Of a DNA stretch of 64,000 nucleotides, positions 35,947 to 47,271 are shown piece after piece. Both the position numbers and the translations under genes were made by a program. Under the pieces are notes generated by a model that saw only the letters and a list, made by a program, of their open reading frames with translations, had not been told where the DNA came from and did no database searches. Numbering within the stretch: the stretch's first letter is position 1; the number at the start of each line of letters is the position of its first letter. Origin of the DNA: Octopus sinensis (taxonomy: Eukaryota); NCBI RefSeq assembly GCF_006345805.1, contig NC_043001.1, positions 73,594,001 to 73,658,000 of the forward strand, written 5' to 3'.

Positions 35947-37074
35947 GCTAGAATGGAACCAATATGTCAATTCTATCCAGACTATTACAAACGCTACACC
36001 TTTGATAAATGGACTTGTTTGATTGGCCCTTTAGAAATAACGGTCAATTTTCGAACGATAAACAAAGATGAGCTCAAATATATATATATATAAATTATAA
36101 AATTCGAGGAAAAACCTTACATTGATTAAATACATATTGACCTTAATGAAGGAAATATAATTAATACATGGAAATTGAAATGCATTAAAAATATGCATTA
36201 AAAATATAACACAGCAATACATATTCATATTAAAGTATACATATATATCAACATACACAGAATAGATGCGTGCGAACCCCATACATATACAGACGTATAA
36301 ATATAAAGCTAAAATATACACACAAATGCATGTATACATATGTACACGCAATCTAGTTTGCACGCAAGCTAAAATCATGGATGGTTAAGTATCGTTTGTA
36401 TTTATGAAGCAAAGCTTAAGACATGAGTAAGTGAGGGGGTGTAAAGTTGCATGACTCTATACCTGTATCGTATAGTTAGAGAAAAAAACGAAAGAAAGGA
36501 AGAGAGAGAAAAAAGAAAAAGGGGGAAGGAAAAAGAAAAAAGAAAAATTATGTATACAAGCTGTGTAACCTCGTATATTGACACAATATATATATAGAGA
36601 TACAAGTACACAAACACATAAGTTCAAGTGGATACATACACATACAGTCGTGTATGTGTGTGCTTAAGCACAAACATACGTTCACTTACACATACACAGA
36701 GACGTATGCTTACAAATACATATTCATGGCTATACACATATTTACATCAAAATTCTAATTTTTGACAACATTGCTTTTTAAAAAAATGGTGAGTGTAATA
36801 ATGAAAATTATACGAAAAACACCCTATTTCGGATCATCTATAAATTAAAAATCAAAGTAAGCCTATACAATATAATAACATGAAATAAACTAAGCCGAAG
36901 GTTTTTCCTAAGAAATATGTAGAAATATAAACAAAATAAACAAAATATATGCATGAGACTTTGCTATACGGAATGGAATCTGCATAGCGCGAAACAAATC
37001 CATCGTTGCGTTTACATACTAGTCCAAGAATCAAAATCAAAAATACAAAAAGACAAAATATATAAATATAGTAT

Positions 37075-39173
37075 ATTTATGTTTGACATTTTAAATTTGG
37101 CTGCATGCCTGCATAAGTTCATCAGCTCACTTCTTTGATTCAAAGAATTATTGCCTTTGAATAAAATGTAGAGTTTTTCTAACAGTCAAAGATTGCATTT
37201 GAAATTATTCTTGTGTGCTCCATGCCTGTATGGTGCCACTCTGTCCAGAATGCTCCATGTCACGTTGAAAGGTGGGGTTTCCTTTCCTTTTAGTTCCCAG
37301 ACATATTTTGCTAGGCTGGTCCTCTTCCTATTTTCTGGGTATCTAAATGAAGTTTATGCGAATAAAATCGCGTTTTAAATGAGTTTTCTGAAGCCCCTGT
37401 ATATGTCTTGTATTCCAATGAGCCTTCTATTTGTACCTTCGCTCTATAAACTACTCCTTTTATGAGACATTTCTTTTCTAACGGACAGGAGGATTCATTT
37501 TTGAAATTGCATTTCTTAATGGGCTCGGCACTATGTTTAATCTCAATCAGATTCCTATTATGCTGGCTAATGTAAGAGGCGAAATTTCTGCAATAAGAAT
37601 AGCTAACCTTCAGGGTTCTTCTATTAAATATCCTATAGAATTTATGGTCCTGCTTAAAATGCCTACAGACTAATTTCAAAAATTCCTTACTTATATTAGT
37701 CTTTACGGCCAAATTGAAAGCCGGGTTGAACCACAAAACTTTCCTGGTCCTAGTTCTTCGCGCAGCATTATTATCAGCATTAAGCTGGTTGTACTGGATC
37801 TTCTCAGAGAATTCCTTAATGCGCTATCGTAATAAGGTGCAGCATTATGGAATGCTGCCTCATCCGAAGAAATTGAAGATATTCTTCTACCTACATTGCT
37901 GACTAAGTTCCGAAGGATAACTGGCGGATGGTTTGAATCTTTGCTAATATACGATAGCTTTTCATTGGGCTTACAGAAAGGTTTAAATCTATCCGACCTC
38001 ACATTAAAATTTACGTCTAAAAAATCTACACTATTCAGGTTAGTATCTATTGTAACCCGTAAGCCTATCCTTTGAAAGAAAGCAATAAGGTCCTTCCTAA
38101 GTCTATCTGATTCATGGCCGTTTAAATTATGGGTGGCTATAAAGCCGTCATCCTTATATAAACCTGCATCTATAAATGGGAATTCTATTTTTAGATTATG
38201 AAGAATAAAGGCTCCTACGAGCATACATAGCTCAGCCCCGTCATATGCCCCCATCGGTACATCGAAAAGAGAATCCTCACTCTTCTTAATCCAAGAGGAA
38301 TCCTCAAAAAAAAGAAGTGATTTCCTCGCATGCATAATAATATCAATTTCCGAGCTATCGATGCCAACATACTGCTTGGCGAAGTCTAATGCCCTTAGGA
38401 GCAACGTCCTAGATATTGATGGGTAAAAGTCAATAATATCGAATTGTGTAAAACTGCAATTATTCTTATAGCTAATACCTTTAAACCACTCTATGACTGA
38501 CTATTCTTCCGAATTCTCAAGTCTACTTCACGATCTAACTTAGTTAAAATACGGTCCAAAATATTTTTGCTAATAATGCCTATCTCAGTTTTAGCTGGAT
38601 TTATCAATCTACATTTAGGGTTTCAATTAAAATTAGCTTTATGGTCTTTTAGTGTAATAAAAGCTGGTCGTGGGGAAAGATATCACTAATCTTAAGATTG
38701 TTAGCTATTCCTCTTGCTTCCAAATTAACCTCTTTGTATATATTTGTGTTATCTTTTTTGTATGTGTCTGTGACACTATTCGAAATCAGGCGCTTATAAA
38801 CGTCCTTATCAAGTGCATATAAGTTCCTTGTCTTATCAGAATTAACGAAGATCCTATTCGAGTTGTTAATCTCCTTAATTTTTTCTTTCATATTTCTTTG
38901 TAATTGGTTGCCATATTTGCGGAATTTAATTTTCCTAATAAGTTCGAAAAGGTCTTTCTCGAAGGCTTCTAATTCCGGAATAGGTGGTGGATTTCTGGGA
39001 GATTTAAGTCCATATTTGTTTCCGTCGGTTTTCTGTTCAGTATCAAAGAAGAAGGCTTTCCATCTCAATCTTCGAACAAACTCTTCCGTTTTCTCTATAA
39101 GACCTTTGAGATATTGCTTCCATGCAGGGATAGGTATATTTTTCTGAGAAAAATCCAGCGGGTAAAGTTCCAT
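37075..39173 (-). pseudogene. Penelope-like RT-GIY-YIG polyprotein, disrupted
   Basis: RRLRWKAFFF, KCRLINPAK, FDIIDFYPSI, GAYDGAELC, LYKDDG, DFLDV, SNHPP, WFNPAF, C-x-F..CPL...C linker, VVYRAKV..KTYTG.SENSFKTRFYSH, CNL*..EK..LNQRSEL..CRH; at least 3 frameshifts and 2 stops. Confidence 0.93.
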
Positions 39174-39339
39174 CTTTTTCAGCTGTTTGTTCTTCCTACT
39201 TGTGCAGAGTCGCTCAAACTTTTATAAGGAGCGGGTTACACCGGAGTAAACACATAAATGTGAAACAAGGTGGAAAAAAGAGTACTCAAATACCAGTGGT
39301 AGAGTAATATGCTTTATTTAAAGCAGCAGAAAATTCAAC

Positions 39340-39387
39340 AAAACCTGTTACTCTGAGTTTCCCGTTGCCGTTCATTGGACAGTTTTT
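39340..39387 (-). ncRNA. Hammerhead motif, copy B (core CCAAUGA, G5A)
   Basis: Same as copy A except G5 to A, normally inactivating. Confidence 0.55.
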
Positions 39388-39431
39388 GCTAGAATGGAAT
39401 ATATAATTGCTAGAATGGAATATATAATTTT

Positions 39432-39477
<46 letters not shown>

Positions 39478-39608
39478 TTGAGCTCATCTTTGTTTATCGC
39501 TCGAAAATTGACCGTTATTTCTAAAGGGCCAATCAAACAAGTCCAGTTTTTAAAGGTGTAGCGTTTGTAATAGTCTGGATAGAATTGACATATCGGTTCC
39601 ATTCTAGC

Positions 39609-39656
39609 AAAAACTGTCCGATGAACGGCAACGGGAAACTCAGAGTAATAGGTTTT
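39609..39656 (+). ncRNA. Hammerhead motif, copy C (inverted repeat)
   Basis: aaaaactgtccgatgaacggcaacgggaaactcagagtaataggtttt; stem I keeps pairing through a G-U wobble. Confidence 0.6.
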
Positions 39657-40784
39657 GTTGAATTTTCTGGTGCTTTAAATAAAGCATATTACTCTACCAC
39701 TGGTATTTGAGTACTCTTTTTTTCACCTTGTTTCACATTTATGTGTTTACTCCGGTATATATATATATATAAAATTTATGAAACATAAAGTGTAATTATA
39801 AATATTGTATTATATTATGCAGTGAGTTTTATGAAAAGAAACTATAAACCTCTCTACAATCTATAGAAGCTACACAAGCATATAGGAGGGTATATAGGTA
39901 TATAAGAATTTAAGACATAAAAATAAAAATATTAAAAAATTAAATAAAAAAAACAAATAAAAGATAAAATATTTTCCTATAAAAATTATTTTTTCAAAAG
40001 AATTTTTTTATAAAAGAATTTATAAAACAAAATATTTCATTGTGGATGATATAAAAGGTATAACAGAGATAAAAAAATAAGGATAAGTCAAGATATGTAT
40101 AACAAATGCTAATTAAAAAATAAATAAAGATAAAGATACCCTTGGACATGGGTTTATAAAATAATTGTAAACTATACCAGAGACACTGATTTATGTAGAA
40201 TAATAACAGTTCTAAGGGGGTAAACCATATACTTAGGGGAGGTGCAAGATTTAGTAATCCATTGCCAATTTCTATATTATATCTATAAGGGAAGAAAATC
40301 CTAGTACTGAAGGGGAATATATGTAATATAAATACTGAAGGAATGCAGGTTAAAATGGTTAGGGGTTTTTAGAGAGCAATACTACATATATTTCTAGATA
40401 ACAGAGGGCATGTTATGAATAATATGACACCTTGGATAACTCATGTTACCAAATTATAGTATAGTATGCTTATCATTATCTGCTTCTAAAGTATTTAAAT
40501 CATAGTAGGCTTAAATAGATATGCATTATTCTCTAAATTCATTCTGCCACAAATATAAAGGAACAATGTAATTATTTTGGCTTCTAGTAATGATACAAAT
40601 TTATTAAAAATGGTTTATCCTTTATGTTGGAAATCTATATGGTCATCTGGATCTGAGGAGAGTGGTTTCTTTCAAACTGATATAATGTTTTCATTGATTG
40701 ATTAAATGGAGCTGCTTGAAACGGCTGTAATGCATTGATACCTGGATATACTTGTTACTTATTTGTATATATACATATATATAT

Positions 40785-41362
40785 ATGCTGGATATAAGAA
40801 GCATCAGATGTGGTGTGCAAGAGCGACGCTTGCGATGGTATGGTCATGTGCTGCGGATGGATGAAGAGAGATGTGTGAAGAAGTGCCACTCCCAAACAGT
40901 TGAAGGTATCAGGGGGAGAGGTAGACCCAGGAAGACATGGGATGAGGTAGTCAAGCATGACCTCAGAGCATTGGGCCTCACTGAGGCAATGGCGAAAGAC
41001 CGAGATCTCTGGAGATATGCTGTGACTGCAAAGACCCGGGCTGCTTCCTGCACCAGTTCTGCATAGCCCCCTGCCCATTCAAAGTACCCCGGACCCAGTT
41101 GCCCCCGTACCGCTGGCACGTTAAAAGTTCGAACCGATCGCGACCAATGCCGGACCCCCCGGCCCCTGTGCAGGTGGCACGTAAAAAGCACCCAATCCAC
41201 TCACGGAGTGGTTGGCGTTAGGAAGGGCATCCAGCCGTAGAAACTCTGCCAAATCAGACTGGAGCCTGGAGCGGCCCCTGGCTTCCCAGACCCCGGTCAA
41301 ACCGTCCAACCCGTGCTAGCGCGGAAAACGGACGTTAAACGATGATGATGATGATGATGATG
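40785..41362 (+). mobile_element. RTE LINE 3' end, 5'-truncated, (GAT)n tail
   Basis: LDIRSIRCGVQERRLRWYGHVLRMDEERC..GRGRPRKTWDEVV; CpG-rich 3' UTR suggests a young copy. Confidence 0.9.
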
Positions 41363-41929
41363 ATATATATACACAAACACATATACCTGTGTGTGTGTGT
41401 GTGTGTGTGACAAATGGCAACATAATGGTGTGTGCAGTTGTACAATTATATGATATGTACTCTGGGGATCAAGAATATGAAACTCTGAATTAATGACACA
41501 CATACATTCATCCTCATCATCAATTAACATCCATTTTTCCATGCTTGTATGAGCCAGATGGAATTTTATTAAGGCAGATTTTCTTATAACCAAATTCTCT
41601 TCCTGCTGCCAACTGTCATGTGTTTCGAAGCAGGTCATTAAATCCTAATGACCACACAAGTTTTTCCTAGAAGACTGGAAATTAACGACATCACTTGTAT
41701 GATAACGATACTTATATACAAGCATCACATGGTGTCAAGACAAGGGTAAACACAAACATACACATATATCTATTCATCTATCAATATATATATCTTTTAT
41801 CGCTTATCTTTTGCTTGTTTCAGTCATTTGACTGAGGCCATGCTAGGGCACTGCCTTAGGGAATTTTCGTCGAACAAACCGACCCCAGAACTTATTTTTC
41901 AGGTTTAGTATTTTTTCTATCAGTTTCTT

Positions 41930-42479
41930 TTCCTGAACCGCTAAGTTACAGGGACGTAAACACACCAACACCTGTTGTCAAGAGATGGTGGAGGACAAAT
42001 ACTGACACAAAGACACACACATAGATATACACACATATATCTATGTGTATATATCACATACTTTCAATGAAAATTCAAATTCGACATGATTAGAGGCTTT
42101 GTGGATGACAAAAGCAATAACAAAGAAGAGAGAAAAATTAATATTAGCATACTTATATAGTGAAGACTTTGTCACCATGAGCCAACTAAGATGAAGTGGT
42201 CATGTTGGTGGATGAAAGACGGGTGCTTGCTAAAGTAGATTTTCTCTCAGATTAAAGAAGGCAGACATAATATAGTCGGACAACAGAAGAGATTTAATGT
42301 GATCTTAAAAACCAACATAAAGAAACGTAAACATAACTGGGAAACCAATGCCAAGGACAGATAACTCTGGTAAATCATCATCTGAGAAAATCAGCAAGTA
42401 CTGAAGTTAGAGGATGTGTAGAATTGGCTTTAAAAGGTACTTAATTGGCGAAAAACAATAACACACACATATATAGACT

Positions 42480-42544
<65 letters not shown>

Positions 42545-42764
42545 TGAGAGCACGCATTAGTATTAAGTGAAAATGGTAGTTAAAATTTGTCATCCACAAA
42601 GTCTCTAATCATGTCAAATTTGAATTTTCATTGAAAGTATGTGATATATACACATAGATATATGTGTGTATATCTGTGTGTCTTTGTGTCAGTATTTGTC
42701 CTCCACCATCTCTTGACAACAGGTGTTGGTGTGTTTACGTCCCCGTAACTTAACGGTCCAGGAA
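41930..42764. repeat. Inverted duplication, ~180-bp arms (41930-42112, 42586-42764), ~470-bp spacer
   Basis: Arms about 95% identical; both carry the same SINE fragment joined to the same non-SINE flank. Confidence 0.88.
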
Positions 42765-43318
42765 TATGGAGTTGTCTCCCTTAGCGTGACGTTGCTAAAA
42801 TAGATAAATTATCGTACTTTAACGTGTATAAGGAACCCACCTAATTTTGGGGGTTTAAAATTTGGAAAAAGGTTTTGTAAGGGATTATTATACAATCCAT
42901 GTATAAGAAACTCCCATATTTTTTAAAACTAATTTTTGACAAAAAAAATAAACAGTTCCTATTACACGTTAAAACACGGTATATTGTTAATTCATAGGGA
43001 GCAAGCAGAAATAGTGAGATTACAACAACATATCTATTCATTCTCAATACATTCTGGCAGATTCGAACGTGAATATCTGGTTACTCTTTCAGTTCATAAT
43101 TGGTGAACATTTCTCTTTAGATAATGTGTGTTCATAACATGCATTTTACTAGTGTATGGGGAACTTTCAACCTCGTTCTGTGAGTGCCACATGAATTATT
43201 ATTTGTTTGCTAGACGTCAGCAAGTATCTGTAAATATTTTGTTTGCTGACTTCTATAAACAAGATTTTATAGATTCATTGGCCTGGCGAGGTAGCTTTGA
43301 TCATGAGATTACAATACC

Positions 43319-43464
43319 TATTTCTTTATTACCCACAAGGGGCTAAACATAGAAGGGACAAACAAAGACAGACATAGGTATTAAATCAATTACATCGACC
43401 CCAGTGTGTAACTGGTACTTAATTTATCGACCCCGAAAGGATGAAAGGCAAAGTCGACCTCGGA
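43319..43464 (-). mobile_element. 5'-truncated SINE with perfect 16-bp TSD
   Basis: ATGAGATTACAATACC at 43303-43318 and 43465-43480. Confidence 0.9.
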
Positions 43465-43651
43465 ATGAGATTACAATACCATGGTGTCTCAAAGTTGCCT
43501 TACACCAGTGAATCACATATGCTGTGAACACATCATCTAAAGAGAGGCATTCTCTGATGATGAAAAACAACAGTGATCAAAAATACACATTTGAATATGC
43601 TAGAACATATTAAGAATGAATAGGTAATGTTATTATTACACTGATATATAT

Positions 43652-43848
43652 AAAGACAATGAGGTGGCAGAATTATTAGCACACCGGGAAAATTCTTTGC
43701 AGCCTTTCATCCATTCAAATTCGGTTGAGGTTGACTTTGCTTTTCATTCTTTTGGGGCCAATAAAATAAGTACTAGTGTAAAACTGGGGTCAATGTAAGC
43801 GATTTACCCCCTCTGTGAAATTGCTCTCCTTGTGCCAAAATTTGAAAC
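43652..43848 (+). mobile_element. tRNA-headed SINE
   Basis: ggtggcagaattattagcacaccggg..gttgactttgcttttcattc..gtgccaaaatttgaaac. Confidence 0.75.
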
Positions 43849-44204
43849 AATTATTACGCAGATATTTGAAAAATGTAACTTTTAGTTCTTTATTTAGAAA
43901 TTGTGAACGTCATTGATTGGTTGAAATTACCGAAATACGAGAACTTTAACGTGAAATAACTTTGTAAATATAAGTTTTTCTCAAAAATGCTAAGAGTAAA
44001 AGATGTTTTATATGACACATTATACCAGTGTCCGAAGTTTGAAAGTGTTTAGTTACAAAAATTATTTTTTAAATCTGTAGGTCAAAAGGTAAAAATCCAG
44101 AGAATCATCATCATCATCATTACAACAGTGACATTAAAACATCTTGTTTCTCTTTCTCATACACACACATCAAGAGTTTCAAGTAGAAAACTAAAATTAC
44201 TCAC

Positions 44205-44273
44205 AGGAATTTTCAAGGCTTCAAAAAAACTAATGGCCTTGCCACTGGATATCTCTTCTGTTTCCACCAAAGG
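44205..44273 (-). CDS. SLC37A2: SLC37A2-like coding exon f (69 nt): PLVETEEISSGKAISFFEALKIP
   Basis: Long polypyrimidine acceptor ending gttgtag, donor CCT|gtgagt; AISFF.AL.IP motif. Confidence 0.93.
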
Positions 44274-45023
44274 CTACAACGGAGAAGAAAAAGAGAAACT
44301 TTATTTCATTATATATAAACAAGATGCTTCTTAAGAATTCATTTCATAAACCACATGGTTTCGTGTTTGGTCTCACTGAGTGGCATTTTGGGCAAGTGTC
44401 TTCTGCTACAGTCCCAGGCTGACCAATGCTTTGTAACTGAATTTGACAGATGGAAAATGTGTGGAGGCTCATCATGTCTGTGTGTTTGTGTTTGTTACCT
44501 CATCACTGCTTGTTAAGCAGAACTTGTTTGTTTATGACCCAATAACTCAGTAGCTTGGCAAAAGGGATCCTTGTATTGTTACTAGTGATAAGTGATATAC
44601 TTGATAGTAATTTAAAAAATTTACAGTTTGTTTTAAAAAATGATTTACCAAATATTTCAACATTAATAATTAATTCTAACAATGATTCATCATCATCATT
44701 TTAATGTTCACTTTTCCATGCTTGCATGAACTGGATGGAATTTGTTGAGACAGATTTTTTATGGCTGGGTGCCTTCACCTGTTTCTAATTGAGGTAATAT
44801 TTCTCAATGACCAGTCATGCTTTCATAGAAGATTGGAAATGAAGGACACTGCTAATATGATAGTGACATCTGCTTACAACTATCATGCAATGTTGAAACA
44901 CGGAGACAATAAAACGCACACACGCATCAAGCAAATGCACCAGAATTTTGATCAGTCAGAAGCTTGTCCAAGATGCCACACAATGAGATTGAACCTGAAA
45001 CCATGTGGTTGGGAAGTAAACTT

Positions 45024-45258
45024 CTTATTTCTTTATTGCCCACAAGGGGCTAAACATAGAGGGGACAAACAAGGACAGACAAAGGGATTAAGTCAATTAC
45101 ATCGACCCCAGTGTGTAACTGGTACTTAATTTATCAACCCTGAAAGGATGAAAGGCAAAGTCGATCTTGGTGGAATTTGAACTCAGAACGTAGCAGCAGA
45201 CAAAATACCGCTAAGCATTTCGCCCGGTGTGCTAACGTTTCTGCCAGCTTGCTGCCTT
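45024..45258 (-). mobile_element. Full-length SINE nested in an older CORE-like SINE
   Basis: Near-perfect 12-bp flanking repeat gtaaacttctta (45016) / gtgaacttctta (45261); the host SINE continues on both sides. Confidence 0.85.
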
Positions 45259-47154
45259 ATGTGAACTTCTTACCACACAGTCAAGCCTATGGTTGCAAAT
45301 TTGGGGAGGAATTAGACAACTAAATCAACACCTGTAGTTGACTGGTACTATGACTTATGCCATTGCTACAACAACAATACTAACACAAGCAGCAGTAACA
45401 ACATCAACAACAGTGTCCAACCACTAGAGCTGTGACTGCAACAACAACCACAGATACACATATACCAACACCAGTAATAAAAAACAATGGCCACAGACTA
45501 TAACAACAACGGGAGCAACACTACCATCATCATCAGCAGCCGTTCAAGAATTTGGACCTGGAGATCTCCATTTCCAGCGACTTCAAGGGCCACCTCCCAG
45601 TGGTGTTGGGCATCAACGAAGAGCCCTCAGCTACAACAAGATGACCAAAGCTTTTTTTTCCCCCAAGGTCTGGGGTCTCCCGCCCCTAAGCCCTAGACCA
45701 TCACCTAATCATTCTTACCCGTCTTGTTGCTTAACAACAACAACAAGCATCAGCAGCAGAATCTTCCAACCCCACAACACAATACCACAAGGTATATCCT
45801 TCTCTTCTCCAAATCAGTTAGATATGCTGTACAATGGAGGCAACAAAGAGAAACAATGAAGAATTGTCTTTGGGAAGAAAGAGACAGAAGAAAAAAAAAA
45901 CGAGGAAACAAATCTTCCACAAAAGCTGGAAAATTTGAAGAGATTACCAATACTAACTCTACCAGTACACAAAAAACATCAACACTGCAAATAACATAAC
46001 AAATACGAACACCTCACCTACATCTGAAAACAACTGCAATGCCAACAAAAAAGCATCATTAAACTACATGGCCAGAGACACAAATGACTCATATACATTA
46101 ACACAAAAACATAACACAAAATGACTACATCACAACCACAAATAAACTCCCAAAACAAAAATTAAAAAAACAACAAGAAACTAAAACTAAATATTCCAAC
46201 AAAATCGAAGATTTACAAGGATAATTAAAAAAAGGATATGTAAAAATTAATGAGTGGGAACACCCACAATTAACCAAAAAGATAGATTGTCTGTCTTTCT
46301 AGATGTTTAAGGTAAATGGTACTTCTCAGCCTCTTTTATCCAACATGACCTTATTCAAGATAGGGAGTGTGAATGCATGTAGCTTGGGGTCAGATTGGAA
46401 CAAGGTCATCAGACATAGATGTGGTGGCCATAAGCAAAACTGAATCTCTGACACATTAGGCTTGGTGTCCATTTTCAGCAGCAATGAAGTGTACATATCT
46501 TCGAGTTGGTTGGGTGAAGTTATACAGTTGTTTTCAAAAACTTCGGATCTAGCAACATGGACTATTTTCCTGGACTCAGAGAGTAAGTTGGTGGTGCTAG
46601 AGTAATTTTCTAGATCCAAAGCTTTTCAAAACAACTCCAATCAACTTGGAGATATGTACACTTTATAACTGCTGAAAATGGGCACAAAGGCTCATGCATC
46701 AGAAATTCTGGTTTTGCTGACAGGCACCACATTTATGTCTGGTGATCCTGTTTCATACCTTCCACTAATAGCTATTTATACCCTTATAGAGACAGGGTGG
46801 CCAGAATGACAGCCGAGACAAGACACCTGCCTTAATGATCAGGGTGACCCTGGTTTTGCTGGGTTTCCACAAGTAGGTCTTGGAAGTGTGTTTTGTTTGT
46901 TATTTTACTTTTTACACACTACTTTGTTATCTCCCACTACATCATCCTGTACCTTCCCCAGTGTTTTTGTTAATTCTTAGTGGTTAATAAAGAAATTATT
47001 ATTAGTAGTAGTAATGGAGGTGGTAGTAGTAGTGGGATTAGTATTATTATTCATTGTATGTTGTTAGTAAGGTAAAAGCACAGTAAATAGGCTCATGCTA
47101 TACAACATAATGGTAGAACTGATTTCAGAATAAAGTAATGGATTATATACATAC

Positions 47155-47193
47155 CTCTGTTTCTGAATACTGAATATATTTGTTTTGGGATTT
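47155..47193 (-). CDS. SLC37A2: SLC37A2-like candidate loop exon e (39 nt, phase 0-0): KSQNKYIQYSETE
   Basis: Acceptor ttattattctag, strong donor GAG|gtatgt, open and in frame. Lies in the poorly conserved central loop, so homology cannot confirm it and the gene stays in frame without it. Confidence 0.6.
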
Positions 47194-47271
47194 CTAGAAT
47201 AATAATAAGGACAATAATAATAATAATTTCTAATATTTAGATAATGACAATTTCTTTTATGTATGATAATA

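Larger units (their letters stand above)
35871..39755 (-). mobile_element. Penelope-like retroelement (probably Neptune-type), near full length, with one inverted and two direct terminal repeats
   Basis: RT plus GIY-YIG pseudo-ORF; repeat copies A 35871-36080, B 39241-39399, inverted C 39475-39755 at about 97% identity; (TA)n at both ends and in the B/C spacer. Confidence 0.93.
35581..40759. mobile_element. Unclassified fold-back element or inverted duplication with 144-bp arms enclosing the Penelope-like element
   Basis: 35581-35724 is the reverse complement of 40616-40759 with 8 mismatches (about 94%); no TSD found. Confidence 0.6.

Noticed and set aside
39174-39300. Possible retained intron in the Penelope 5' leader
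   Set aside because: Only a weak donor (ctg|gtattt) and several equally plausible acceptors; unsupported without transcripts.
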